Both the position numbers and the translations under genes were made by a program. A stretch of 60,680 bases of DNA, the filler included. It is 5 parts of 5 records of this genome, joined end to end, with 100 filler letters (N's around TTAATTAATTAA, not from the genome) between each part and the next. Parts side by side here need not be neighbours in the genome. Positions count along the whole stretch, not along the records: positions 1 to 7,411 come from SRR31156797_15538; positions 7,512 to 35,316 come from SRR31156797_15572; 3 more parts are not named here. The stretch is one strand, 5' to 3'. How positions within the stretch are numbered: the first letter of the stretch is position 1; every line of letters begins with the position of its first letter. Shown here in pieces: positions 1 through 10,958 of the stretch. The notes below the pieces were generated by a model. That model worked only from the letters and a program-made list of their open reading frames with translations. It ran no database searches and had not been told where the DNA came from.

Positions 1-30
1 CGAAAAAATTATCTTTTTATCGTCGCTCAT
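1..30 (-). CDS. ettA: 5' end of probable ABC-F translational throttle protein EttA (truncated by window edge)
   Basis: Minus strand reads ATG-MSDDKKIIFS, resembling the N-terminus of Bacteroidetes EttA from memory; only 10 codons visible. Confidence 0.45.
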   Translation of the reverse strand, partial: MSDDKKIIFS

Positions 31-310
31 GTTGTTTGTTTTGTTTGTGTGCAAAAATAAGAATCAAAGGGGAAAGGAAAAAGTGAAAAGTAAAAGTTCG
101 TTCAGTGACAAAGTTTAAATCATAATCTGGGGTAATGTCAATTGGGTGATACTGTTTCTTTGTTTTGATAAATAACGCCGGATCAGTTGGTCGTTAGCCT
201 TTGTTTAACCAATTGGCCAACTTTATAGCCTTTCTAATTTACCGTCGAAATTCTTAATAACCCAATGTTATAGCCCGGACAATCCTTTTTTTTAATTATA
301 GGAGGTTGTA

Positions 311-823
311 CTATACCGGTAAACTACCTGCCTGCTGGAATCCCGAGAACACTCCAAAGATTACCATGGCAATGATCATAATGGGGTACAGGCATAAAAA
401 CACAATCATTATTATGCCAATAACTTTGTAGTGGGACTTCAGGTTTTTAAACGCTTTTGAAAGTTGTGTTTGGTTTTTAAGCGCAACCGCTTTTTTTATG
501 CTATCCGAAAAACGGTATAAATAAAGGATAGGGAAAAAATAGACGGCTGCTATTACCAGGTAAAGCAAAGCAAATAAGCTGGGAGGAAAAGGAAATACGT
601 CGCTACTTTCATCTGGAATAATTGCCATAATAATAGCAAAGGCAAAGGCAGCCAATACCACAATACCAGTCCAGATAAATCCCATGATTGCTAAAAACTG
701 GCTCCACTTTCCGGCACTGTGTAAGCTGATATTTATTTCATCGGTAAGTTCCAGTTGTATTTCTTTATTCGTGTCGTTTACATCAGGTAAAGTCTGTTCG
801 TTGGGTTGGTTTTCTGTATTCAT
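311..823 (-). CDS. DUF5362-like membrane protein
   Basis: 170 aa, three hydrophobic segments, KWSQFLAIMGF and FKNLKSHYK motifs. Confidence 0.7.
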   Translation of the reverse strand: MNTENQPNEQTLPDVNDTNKEIQLELTDEINISLHSAGKWSQFLAIMGFIWTGIVVLAAFAFAIIMAIIPDESSDVFPFPPSLFALLYLVIAAVYFFPILYLYRFSDSIKKAVALKNQTQLSKAFKNLKSHYKVIGIIMIVFLCLYPIMIIAMVIFGVFSGFQQAGSLPV

Positions 824-1091
824 CTTTGGTTGTTTGGATTATTACTCTGAACGAAAATAATTAATTTATGGAGATATTAAATTTTATGATCGATAAAATA
901 ATTCTTTTATGTTGAATATGGTATTACTTCCGGAAAAGGCATGAGTTAGAAGTTAATGGGAATAATGATATAGAAGTTGTTATCCCGGGTTGGTCGTATG
1001 CCCCACTTTTACTTATGAAATCTGAATATTGTAATGTTGTTTTTGTTATCATTTTTAAATAAGAAGTGGTTTTATGTTAGTTTAAAAAATG

Positions 1092-1121
1092 AGAGCGATA
1101 GCAGAAGGTTGCTAACGCTCT
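1092..1121 (-). terminator. Probable intrinsic terminator of the aldo/keto reductase gene
   Basis: AGAGCGATAGCA...TGCTAACGCTCT imperfect hairpin with an A-run just to its left on + (U-tract on -). Confidence 0.5.
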
Positions 1122-1152
1122 TATCAATGTTTATTAATTGTTGCTTTAACAA

Positions 1153-2163
1153 TTACCTGTCGCTGCCCTGACGCTCAAGCATCCAGCCTGGATATTCCGG
1201 ATTTAGTTGACTTACTTCTTCCAGTTCTTTTAGTTCCGAATTACTCAATTTAACCTTTACCGAGTTTAAATTATCTTCCAGTTGTGTTTGTTTATTCGCA
1301 CCAACAATTACTGTTGATACGGCAGGTTGATGTAACAGCCATGCCAGGGCAATTTGAGCGACACTTACTCCTTTTGTTTCTGAAATGCTTTTCATTACAT
1401 CCACAATGTCAAAAGCTTTTTCTTTATTAACCGGAGGAAAATCGAAATTTACCCTTCTACCTTCTTTAGTATTGGCATCGCGACCATATTTACCACTCAG
1501 TAATCCTCCGGCCAGCGGACTCCATACCATTAATCCCACTTTCTGATCGAGAAGCAAAGGAATCAGTTCACGTTCCAAATCGCGACCAGCTATGGTGTAA
1601 TAGGCTTGCAGCGAAACAAATTTACTCAGATGATTATAGGCAGAAATGCCCAAAGCCTTCATCAATTGCCAGGCCGCAAGGTTACTGCATCCTATGTATC
1701 TTACCTTTCCGCTTTTAACAAGTAAATCCAGCGCTTCAAGCGTTTCTTCCATCGGTGTAAGCTTGTCGAAACCATGAATCTGATACAAATCAATATAATC
1801 CATGTTCAAACGACTTAGACTTTCTTCAGCTTGTTGCAAAATGTGTTTTTTACTCAAACCCACTTCGTTTGGTCCTTGTCCCATTCGTCCGCGCACTTTT
1901 GTGGCAATAACCAGGTCATCACGTTTTAGTCCAAGGTCGCGAATCGCCTGTCCGGTCATCTGTTCACTTAATCCTTCACTGTAAATATTGGCAGTGTCAA
2001 TAAAATTTATTCCCCCATCAACAGCCTGTTTAACCAGACTGTTTACCTGGTCCTGTGGAAGTGTACCAATGGCAGTCCACATTCCCCGACCTCCAAATGT
2101 CATGGTACCAAGGCAAAGTTCCGATATTAGTAATCCTGTGTTTCCCAATACATTGTATTTCAT
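1153..2163 (-). CDS. Aldo/keto reductase
   Basis: LCLGTMTFG, IDTANIY, ATKV, DYIDLYQIH, WSPLAGGLL motifs. Confidence 0.95.
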   Translation of the reverse strand: MKYNVLGNTGLLISELCLGTMTFGGRGMWTAIGTLPQDQVNSLVKQAVDGGINFIDTANIYSEGLSEQMTGQAIRDLGLKRDDLVIATKVRGRMGQGPNEVGLSKKHILQQAEESLSRLNMDYIDLYQIHGFDKLTPMEETLEALDLLVKSGKVRYIGCSNLAAWQLMKALGISAYNHLSKFVSLQAYYTIAGRDLERELIPLLLDQKVGLMVWSPLAGGLLSGKYGRDANTKEGRRVNFDFPPVNKEKAFDIVDVMKSISETKGVSVAQIALAWLLHQPAVSTVIVGANKQTQLEDNLNSVKVKLSNSELKELEEVSQLNPEYPGWMLERQGSDR

Positions 2164-2213
2164 AATTGTAACGTTTAAATTATTATGATCTTGTTTTCCC
2201 TTTGTTAATCTAC

Positions 2214-3131
2214 CTAGTTATACAGAGCCCGAAATTCCAATGGTGTTTGTTTGGTTTTCGATTTAAATAATTTACTGAACGATTGTGGATGCTCAAAACC
2301 CAGTTCATAAGCAATTTCACTTACCGAAAGGTTTGTAGTTGACAGTTTCTCCTTTGCTTTTTCAATCAATTTGTTATGAATATGTTGTTGTGTGGTTTGT
2401 CCGGTTAAGTTTTTAAGTAAACTGCTTAAGTAATCCGATGAAAGATTTAAACTTTCAGCAATATCATGTACCGATGGCAAACCGGTTTCAACCATATCTT
2501 CCTGTTTAAAATAATCCTCTAAAAGTTCTTCCAAACGATCCAGAACCTGATGATTGGAAATTTTCCGGGTAAGAAACTGTCGTTGATAAAAGCGTTCGGA
2601 ATAGTTTAGCAAGGATTCTATCTGGCTAATAATAATTTGCTGACTAAACTGATCGAGATTAGCCTGGTACTCTGTTTTAATGTTCTGGAAAATTCCGGCA
2701 ATAATACCCTCTTCTTTTTCTGACAGAAAAAGTGCTTCCCGAACAGAATAATTAAAGAACTGATGCCTTTTAATCGTAGTTGCCAGCGATGTGCCAAAGA
2801 AAAAATCAGGATGAATGGCTAAGATCCATCCCGACGGTTCTATTGTTACGTTCTCTATCAATTGCACTTGCATCACCTGTTCCGGTGCGATGAATGTCAT
2901 TAATCCCTCATCAAAGTCGTAAGATTGCTGACCATAACGAAATTTTCCTACCACATTTCGTTTTAAGGAAATAGTATAAAACTCTTGTACCCACTTTAAT
3001 TCGCTGGCACCGGTATGTTTTGTTTTGCTGTAATCCAACAAACTTATTAAGGGATGCTCGGGTGGTGCCATTTCATTAAAACGATGTAAATCGCTAATGG
3101 TTTTTAGCCGATGTATTTCTGTTTTTGCCAT
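2214..3131 (-). CDS. AraC-family transcriptional regulator
   Basis: C-terminal double HTH (VSEIAYELGFEHPQSFSKLFK); sits directly upstream of the AKR gene, a common Bacteroidetes pairing. Confidence 0.95.
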   Translation of the reverse strand: MAKTEIHRLKTISDLHRFNEMAPPEHPLISLLDYSKTKHTGASELKWVQEFYTISLKRNVVGKFRYGQQSYDFDEGLMTFIAPEQVMQVQLIENVTIEPSGWILAIHPDFFFGTSLATTIKRHQFFNYSVREALFLSEKEEGIIAGIFQNIKTEYQANLDQFSQQIIISQIESLLNYSERFYQRQFLTRKISNHQVLDRLEELLEDYFKQEDMVETGLPSVHDIAESLNLSSDYLSSLLKNLTGQTTQQHIHNKLIEKAKEKLSTTNLSVSEIAYELGFEHPQSFSKLFKSKTKQTPLEFRALYN

Positions 3132-3810
3132 AAAGCAAGTTATTTAATTTTAATGATGTTTTAAATAGTTAAAGCATCTGTTTTACTCATTTTCTTTGTT
3201 TGAAAACGATAATACAAATATGTAAATCATTGAGTCAGGGCGTGTAGCCAAATCCGTGATTGTTGTAGGTAAAACTAGATTGTTTAACTTTTGGGATTAA
3301 AAGTGAAGGAGGCAAGTAATGTTTCTTTCATTAAAGCTTCAGAGGTAAACTTTCCAATAATAGAATAAACCTTTTCAGCCTTGTGATCCGTCTTTCCAGC
3401 CTATTTTTGTAGCCTTTCCAGTAAAAAAGCCAATCATTCTAACTCTTTTTCTCTCTGCTAACGAGGATTTTTAATCGTGCTTTGTTTTGTAAAAACAAAA
3501 AATATGTGTTTAAATAAATCTGTTTCAATGAAAATACCAATGGTTTTAATTTATGCATAGTATAAAGAGGCTATATTAGAGGTGAGATTTTAATTAACGA
3601 GACCTATAAATTGCAACCAGGTCTCTTTTTCCCATCCAAATCCCTGCCGGTTAGTGGAAGGCTTAAAGTGCCGCTTGGAGGATTCTTGTCTGCCGGATCT
3701 CTGTTAATTAGTTAAGAAAATATACCCTTTACCCTTCCGGAGTTCCCCTTTTCGTGGGAACAGGTATTGAACTATCTTTCTGCGATCCATAAGAGTCTCT
3801 TGCTTACATT

Positions 3811-3842
3811 TTGGCATTTCCCCTTTTAAGGGAAAATGCCAA
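3811..3842. repeat. REP-like palindrome
   Basis: TTGGCATTTCCCCTT-TT-AAGGGAAAATGCCAA, 15-bp arms with 1 mismatch; a diverged inverted copy lies at about 3724-3761. Confidence 0.55.
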
Positions 3843-3991
3843 CAGGCAAAAGGGGATAAAAACATTAACATAATAACATTGGTTTACCATACAAGCAGGC
3901 ATTCAACTTTAAACCAGTGCATAGTGGTTTGGTTTTTAATCAAATCGATTTTTTATACGGCTAAGTATTTATTCAAACATACAACAAAACA

Positions 3992-5320
3992 TTAATCCAC
4001 CAACTTTCCGTTTACAACCACATTGTTTAGTGTAAAATTCCGGATCAAACTGGTGTCAATAGCCGGGGTATCGGTATCAATGGTTAGGTTTTCAAACACA
4101 AAATCAGTAAGGGTATTTTCTTCATTTGTTTTTACATTAAAGAAAATATCGCATTTCAGTTCAATATTTCTAAGAGTAATGTTTTCGCAATACGAAACGG
4201 GTAGTTCAGTTTGGCCTTTTAAATCGAAAAACTGGGTCCATGGTTTTACATAAATAAAACTGTGGGCCTGTCCCTTAATATTTTCCACGGTAATGTATTC
4301 GTAGTGTTGGGGGGTATCGCCACGCATCTTTAGCCAGAACAGGCGTTTGGCTTTGTTTACATAGCAATTGCGCATAATTATATTGCGGTTGTGTATGGCT
4401 TCACTGCCACAGGTTAAAGCCGAGTGGCAAAAACCAAACTTACAGTCTTCTATTATAATGTTCTGGTTGGCTCCATTTCGTTCATCCTTATTGGCCTGCG
4501 GGCCTTTGCCTCCTTTCAGGGCAATGGCATCGTCGTTTACCGAAAGATAGCAGCCTTTTACCAACACATTTGTGCAGGCATCAATATCAATGGCATCGGT
4601 ACTGGGGGCTTTTATCGGTTGGTAAGGCGAGTAGATGTATGTATCGAGCACCTTCACATTATTACACTTGTAAAAATGGGTGGTCCAGAAGCCTGAATTA
4701 ATAAGCTTCACATCCTGAATTTGTACATTATTACTGTTCTGAATAAAAACCAGCCGGGGCCTCGAAACCTCCAGGTTGGTGCACTTCTTGTTTTCTTTTC
4801 GTCGTTGCCAAAAAGCTTTCCAGTATTTTAAGCCGTTGCCGTTAATCGTACCTTTGCCCGAAATACTAAAACCATCAACACCGTAGGCATTAACCAAAGC
4901 CGGAAAATAATCCAGGTTCTGTCCCTCCATCCTCGATGGCATAATGGGGTAGTGTATAATGGTATCCGATCCTTTTAGTACAGCACCTTCTTCGAGGTAT
5001 AACGATGTATTGGATTTAAAAAACAGCGCGCCACTCAGGTACACTCCTGCTGGAATAACGATCACACCACCGCCTTGTTCGTGAGCCGTGTTAATGGTTT
5101 GCTGAATAAGATCGGTTTGCAGTAAATTACTGTCGTTTTGTACACCAAAATCACTTATAACAAACTGTTTCTCCTGCGATTGAACAGTTATATCGATAGT
5201 ATCTGAAAACCACTCGGAAATGGGTGTTCCGTCAGGAAAAAGTTGTGTTTTAGTTTCTGTTTTACAAGAAAGAAGGAATAAGCCAAAGGTTAAAAAAACA
5301 AGTGCCGAAAAGAATTTCAT
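3992..5320 (-). CDS. Glycoside hydrolase family 28 (galacturonidase-like), probable lipoprotein
   Basis: Beta-helix GH28 features: GGGVIVIPAGVY, STDAIDID, NDDAIALKGG; lipobox LLSC; ATG at 5320 preferred over TTG at 5341. Confidence 0.9.
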   Translation of the reverse strand: MKFFSALVFLTFGLFLLSCKTETKTQLFPDGTPISEWFSDTIDITVQSQEKQFVISDFGVQNDSNLLQTDLIQQTINTAHEQGGGVIVIPAGVYLSGALFFKSNTSLYLEEGAVLKGSDTIIHYPIMPSRMEGQNLDYFPALVNAYGVDGFSISGKGTINGNGLKYWKAFWQRRKENKKCTNLEVSRPRLVFIQNSNNVQIQDVKLINSGFWTTHFYKCNNVKVLDTYIYSPYQPIKAPSTDAIDIDACTNVLVKGCYLSVNDDAIALKGGKGPQANKDERNGANQNIIIEDCKFGFCHSALTCGSEAIHNRNIIMRNCYVNKAKRLFWLKMRGDTPQHYEYITVENIKGQAHSFIYVKPWTQFFDLKGQTELPVSYCENITLRNIELKCDIFFNVKTNEENTLTDFVFENLTIDTDTPAIDTSLIRNFTLNNVVVNGKLVD

Positions 5321-5475
5321 AAAAATTGATGTTTGTTGCAACCAAAAGTAGGATATGAAATTGGTTTACGGGCTATGCAAACGGGGCTTTGGTGTTAATT
5401 TTAGAATAGTTTAAAACAATCGGGGCAGGAGGCTTGGAAAGAAACTGTAAAAAGAAAGATGATTATAAGCTGTTT

Positions 5476-6756
5476 TTACTTTTGTGTTCCTGTTTTATAG
5501 GCCGTAAGAGCTCTTTCGCGGGCTATAGCATGATCTATTATTGGAGCAGGGTAGGCTGAACTTTTGTACTCCGGAACCCATCGTTTAATGTAGCGATGTT
5601 CCGGATCAAATTTTATGGTTTGCTGTTCGGGATTAAAGACTCGGAAATACGGGGCTGCATCGCAACCTGTACCGGCTGCCCATTGCCAGTTGCCGTTGTT
5701 TGATGAAAGCTCGTAATCTAAAAGTTTTTGAGCAAACCAGGCTTCTCCCCAACGCCAGTCGGTTAACAAATGCTTACATAAAAAACTGGCAGTAATCATT
5801 CGTACACGATTGTGCATATAACCGGTTTGCTTAAGTTGGCGCATACCCGCATCTACAATGGGGTAGCCGGTTTGACCCAGGCACCAACGCTTAAAATCTT
5901 CAGGATCGTTGCGCCATACCATTCCATTGTATTTTGTCTTGAAGTTTTCCGATACTACCCGGGGAAAATGGTGAAGTATTTGCATAAAAAACTCGCGCCA
6001 GATCAGTTCGCTTAAAAACTTTTCAGACTTTTGGTAAACCTGGTTTACAATTTGTCGGATACTTACGGTACCAAACCTCAGGTGTACCCCCAGGTAACTG
6101 CTTGCATCCAGTGCCGGGAAATCTCTTTTTTGTGCATATTGGCCAAGGTGGTTTAACTGGTAGTGTTTTACCTTTTGTGGCGAGGGGGTAAAACCGATCT
6201 TAATCATCGCCGGGATACTGGTTTGAAACTTATGAACAGACTTCCAGACCGGTCGGGGATTTCTTGTAATTTGTACTTGCCTAAATTGCTCGAGCCATTT
6301 CTTTTTATAAGGAGTAAAAACAGTGTATGGGCTACCATCGGTTTTTAAAATCTCGTTTGGTTCGAAAATAACCTGATCCTTGTACGGGAAACATTCAACA
6401 CCGTTCTTCATTAATAAATGAGTTATTTTAGTGTCTCTTTCAATGGCATAAGGTTCATAGTCGCGGTTATAGTATACTCCATTTATTCTCAACATGTTAA
6501 GTAGTTCTTTCCATACCCCAAACGGATCTCCGTATTTTACTAATAAACCCGAACCTTTTTCGGTTAAAATCCGGTGGAGTTTTTCAAGTTGATTGTAGAT
6601 AAAGCTTACACGTGCATCATCGGGTTTTAATTTGTTCAGAACGTTGGTGTCGAAAATAAATAGTACCAATACTTTGTTCTGGCCTGCCAATGCATTGATA
6701 AAGGCCGTGTTATCATCAAAACGTAAATCTCGTCGCAACCAAACAATGCTAACCAT
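5476..6756 (-). CDS. phrB: Deoxyribodipyrimidine photolyase (CPD photolyase)
   Basis: WLRRDLRFDDN, ELIWREF, TGYPIVDAGMRQL, HNRVRM, NNGNWQW motifs. Confidence 0.93.
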   Translation of the reverse strand: MVSIVWLRRDLRFDDNTAFINALAGQNKVLVLFIFDTNVLNKLKPDDARVSFIYNQLEKLHRILTEKGSGLLVKYGDPFGVWKELLNMLRINGVYYNRDYEPYAIERDTKITHLLMKNGVECFPYKDQVIFEPNEILKTDGSPYTVFTPYKKKWLEQFRQVQITRNPRPVWKSVHKFQTSIPAMIKIGFTPSPQKVKHYQLNHLGQYAQKRDFPALDASSYLGVHLRFGTVSIRQIVNQVYQKSEKFLSELIWREFFMQILHHFPRVVSENFKTKYNGMVWRNDPEDFKRWCLGQTGYPIVDAGMRQLKQTGYMHNRVRMITASFLCKHLLTDWRWGEAWFAQKLLDYELSSNNGNWQWAAGTGCDAAPYFRVFNPEQQTIKFDPEHRYIKRWVPEYKSSAYPAPIIDHAIARERALTAYKTGTQK

Positions 6757-6827
6757 ATCTGAATTATAAGTTTTGCTTATTCCAACGGATAAATCAAAAC
6801 ATTGTTTGGTTATACATAAAGGGCAGG

Positions 6828-7298
6828 TTACAAACTTTCCAGTGCCTCGCGGTAATCGTATTGCAGGTCTTCGTGTAACATCGAAATAACTTTCCGGATA
6901 CGCTTTACCTGGTTTAGGTACAGATTAAAAACTACTCTGCTTTGTTTGTAGTTTAAACGCGATGCTTTCATCTTTTTACAGAAATACAGCAGCAATTCTA
7001 TTTCAGTTTCTTTTTTACCCGAAAAACGAATGTATTTATTGGTAGAGCGCAATGCCTTTCGTAAGGTTTTTTTAGCCAGGTAAAAACTGCTTTTATTCAG
7101 GCTTAAAAATTGCAAGTCTATCTCTTCTTTCACCAGCCTGATGTATTCATGTTCGTTATCGGCCTCAAACAAGAGGTAGCTAAGCAACTCCTTGTTTTCT
7201 TTTTTGTACTTGGCCAGCCGAACCACTATTTCACTCAATACCTCGGGGGGCAGATTTTTTAATTCCTTTTTTATGTGGCTTAACGAAGCAATATCCAT
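6828..7298 (-). CDS. Hypothetical protein (Bacteroidetes type)
   Basis: 156-aa ORF with RLAKYKKENKELLSYLLF and LHEDLQYDY motifs. Confidence 0.75.
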   Translation of the reverse strand: MDIASLSHIKKELKNLPPEVLSEIVVRLAKYKKENKELLSYLLFEADNEHEYIRLVKEEIDLQFLSLNKSSFYLAKKTLRKALRSTNKYIRFSGKKETEIELLLYFCKKMKASRLNYKQSRVVFNLYLNQVKRIRKVISMLHEDLQYDYREALESL

Positions 7299-7411
7299 AC
7301 AACAAATAAAATGAAAAGTTTTTTCACCGTCTACAATGATTGGAAAAAGTTTCGTTTCAATCGTTTATATAGCTTAAATCCGTGGTGGCTTTTTAATTTC
7401 CAGAGGTTAAA

Positions 7412-7511
7412 NNNNNNNNNNNNNNNNNNNNNNNNNNNNNNNNNNNNNNNNNNNNTTAATTAATTAANNNNNNNNNNNNNNNNNNNNNNNNNNNNNNNNN
7501 NNNNNNNNNNN
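7412..7511. other. Artificial contig linker
   Basis: 44 N + TTAATTAATTAA (stops in all six frames) + 44 N. Confidence 0.99.
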
Positions 7512-10031
7512 TTCACCACAACCTGCACAAGCTCCGGAGAACTCGAACATGTGTGGAGCAAGCTGTGATCCCTTAAGGGAAGCAGCGTTGTATTTATCGA
7601 TTGGAAGCTCAGGGAGTGTAAGGAAGAAGTCAAAATTAGCAACTTCAACTTCTCTGCGCTCTGGCTGTGGAGCCATATTAATAGCTTTAACAGAAGGATC
7701 TGTTTTATCTTTAGCTGGGCAGTTGTAAACACAAGCGCCGCAACCTGTACAGTCTTCAGGAGCAACCTGAACAGTAAACTTCATTCCGCTGAAGTCTTTA
7801 CCTTTTGCATCCATAGACTTGAATGTTGAAGGAGCGTTCTCAAGAAGCTTTGGCTCGTAAACCATAGTTCTGATAGAAGCGTGTGGACATACGAATGAAC
7901 AGATACCACACTGGATACAAAGCTCTTCTTTCCACTCAGGGATAGTAACAGCGATGTTACGCTTCTCAAATCTTGCTGTGGCTACAGGGAATGTACCATC
8001 ATCAGGGAGCTGGGAAACTTTAACTTCGTCTCCTCTCATAGCAACAAGCATAGATGTTGTCTCTTTAACGAATTCGTCAGCTCTTGGATCTGTGAAGCAG
8101 TTACCAACAAGTGGGAACTCGATAGCTTCATCAGTAGCTTTTCCGCCCTCGCCAGGGTAGTTAACAGCGTGAAGTTCGTGTGAACCAGCTTCAGCAGCGT
8201 CGTTGTTCATCTTAACAACTTTCTCGCCGTAACGTCCGTAAGACTTCTCGTTAGCACCTTTAATAGCGCCGAATGCATCTTCGAATGGGATGATCTCAGA
8301 GATCTTGAAGAATGCAGTCTGGAGTACAACGTTGTATCTCTGACCGAGACCAAGCTTGTCAGCGATTTCTACAGCGTTGATTGTGTAGACTTTCGCCTGC
8401 TTAGCTACGATCTGCTTCTGAACGATCTCAGGGATGTGTTCCCATATCTCGTCAGCAGAGAATTGGCTGTTTATAAGGAAAGTTCCACCAGGGTTGAGGA
8501 ACTTAAGCATGTCATATTTTTCAAGGAAAGAGAAGTTGTGACAAGCAACGAAGTCAGCCTTCTGTACAAGGTATGAAGACTTAATGTCTTTATGACCGAA
8601 ACGAAGGTGAGATGTTGTCATGGAACCAGCTTTCTTTGAGTCGTATACGAAGTAAGCCTGAACTGTGTTGTCTGTAAGGTCACCAATGATCTTAGCAGAG
8701 TTTTTGTTAGCACCAACAGTACCGTCGGAACCGAGTCCGAAGAACATAGCGTTGTACACGCCGTCCTGTGGTGTAAGCCAAGCTGGATCGTATTTGAGTG
8801 AAAGGTTAGTAACGTCATCTTCGATACCAACTGTAAAGCCGTTAAGTGGCTTATCTGCATCGAGGTTATCAAATACTGCTTTAACCTGAGCAGGTGTGAA
8901 TTCTTTAGAACCAAGACCGTAGCGTCCGCCAACGATTGTTGGGTAGCCTGTGCCTTTGTAAGTTTTATTTTGCATAGCTTCGCCGATAGCAGTTCTAACG
9001 TCGAGGTACATTGGCTCGCCGATAGCGCCAGGCTCTTTTGTTCTGTCGAGTACAGCAATCTTATTAACTGTAGCAGGAAGAGCGTCGATGAAAGCATCCA
9101 TAGGGAAAGGTCTGTAAAGTCTGATCTTAAGGATACCGACTTTTTCGCCTTTAGAAGTCATGTATTCAATAGCTTCCTCTGCAACATCTGCACCGGAGCC
9201 CATTACGATAACTACTTTTTCTGCGTCTGGAGCACCAACGTAATCTACAAGCTTGTACTGACGACCAGTCATTTCAGCAAATTTATTCATCTGCTCCTGC
9301 ATGATGCCAGGTACTTCTGTGTAGTATTTGTTAGCTGTCTCTTTCGCCTGAAAGAAAACGTCAGGGTTTTGAGCTGTACCTTTGATAGTCGGACAATCAG
9401 GTGAGAGAGCTCTTGCTCTGTGTTCTCTAACAAGCTCATCGTCTATCATATTTGCCATTTCTTCTTTTGTCAGAGCTATTGTAGAGTGAAGTTCGTGTGA
9501 AGTTCTGAAACCGTCGAAATAGTGAAGAACAGGAATTCGGCTCTTAAGCGTAGCAGCTTGAGAGATAAGTGCGAAGTCCATTGTTTCTTGTGAGTTATTT
9601 GAAGCGAGCATACTCCATCCACACTGGCGACATGCCATTACGTCGGAGTGATCTCCAAAAATTGAGAGAGCGTGAGTCGCAACCGCACGTGCTGACACGT
9701 GGAATACAGTTGGTGTAAGCTCACCAGCAATTTTGTACATGTTAGGGATCATCAGAAGAAGACCCTGTGATGCTGTAAATGTAGTAGTAAGTGCACCAGC
9801 AGAGAGAGCACCGTGTACAGCACCGGAAGCACCACCCTCAGACTGAAGTTCTACTACTTTCGGGATAGAACCCCAAATGTTTGTTTCGCCCATAGCAGAC
9901 TTAGTGTCTGATTGTTCACCCATATCAGATGAAGGTGTAATTGGATAAATTGCAATTACTTCATTTGTAGCATGAGCAACGTGAGCGGCGGCGGTGTTAC
10001 CGTCGATGATTACTTTTTTCTTTTGAGACAT
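7512..10031 (-). CDS. nifJ: Pyruvate:ferredoxin (flavodoxin) oxidoreductase, 3'-truncated at contig end
   Basis: YPITPS, SEGGA, GLGSDG, two 4Fe-4S motifs (CIQCGICSFVCP, CTGCGACVYNCP), GACAGCGE; AGGAG RBS before ATG 10031. Confidence 0.97.
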
Positions 10032-10181
10032 ATCATCACTCCTTTTTAGATGATTAGATATATTTTTGAGCAAAATATGTATTAGTTTAGAATGAATCGT
10101 CAGTAACTATACATTTTTTCTATATGGCAGTCAACAATATTTCTGTTCCCTTTGGTGTTAAGTTGGGATATACTCTTTATT

Positions 10182-10958
10182 ATGAAGCAAATAATAGCAA
10201 AATTAGGCCGCTGGGCCATAGATACTTCACTCTTTTATTACGGGTATCTTAATTTCACTCTGAATTTTTTAAAAGGGTGTTTTAATTTGCACCTTTTGAA
10301 CCCTTCGGTTAAGCTTGTTTTCTTCCGTCAGATATACTTCACCGGTGTGCAGATTATTCCTATGTTTTCAATAATCTCAATAGTCATGGGACTAGTGTTG
10401 GTAGGGGGTCTAACTAAATTTATGGTTCAATTCGGAGCACAGGACAGAGTCGGGGAAGTGCTCGTTTTGATCACAATAAAACACCTTGCACCTATGGTCG
10501 CTGGGATCCTTTTGATCCTCCGTTCATCAAGTGCAGTAACTGCTGAAATGGCGCTAATGAAGATGAATAATGAGATAGATACTTTAAAGTCACTCTCAAT
10601 AAATCCATATATTTATCTTTATATTCCTAGAATCCTTTCTGGAGTGGTGTGTTTAGGTGCTTTGGCGACCATTTTTGTCTACATTTCAATACTCGGTGGT
10701 TACATGATTCTTAGCTTCAATTTGAATATATCATTCGATTTTCTAATACAGACTATTTTTGATGCATTCAATTTTAAGATCGTATTAGTATTTCTAATGA
10801 AGATAATTCTTTTGGGATATTTTATTATGTCTATTCCAATTTATACAGCTCTTCAAGTTGAGGAGGCAGTGACGGAAATACCTATTGCACTTCTAAAAGG
10901 TATGCTTCGTCTCTTCTATGCTATGATACTTGTTGAGGTATTGGGAGCCATAATATGA
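10182..10958 (+). CDS. mlaE: MlaE-family ABC permease
   Basis: RQIYFTGVQ, LAPMV, SAVTAEMALMK-NEID, PRILS motifs; upstream of an MCE gene. Confidence 0.88.
   Translation: MKQIIAKLGRWAIDTSLFYYGYLNFTLNFLKGCFNLHLLNPSVKLVFFRQIYFTGVQIIPMFSIISIVMGLVLVGGLTKFMVQFGAQDRVGEVLVLITIKHLAPMVAGILLILRSSSAVTAEMALMKMNNEIDTLKSLSINPYIYLYIPRILSGVVCLGALATIFVYISILGGYMILSFNLNISFDFLIQTIFDAFNFKIVLVFLMKIILLGYFIMSIPIYTALQVEEAVTEIPIALLKGMLRLFYAMILVEVLGAII

Noticed and set aside
5476-6756. Photolyase as an anomaly next to anaerobic genes such as PFOR
   Set aside because: Different contig; photolyases are common in Bacteroidetes.
7456-7467. TTAATTAATTAA palindrome recurring four times
   Set aside because: Synthetic six-frame-stop linker within N runs; not biological.
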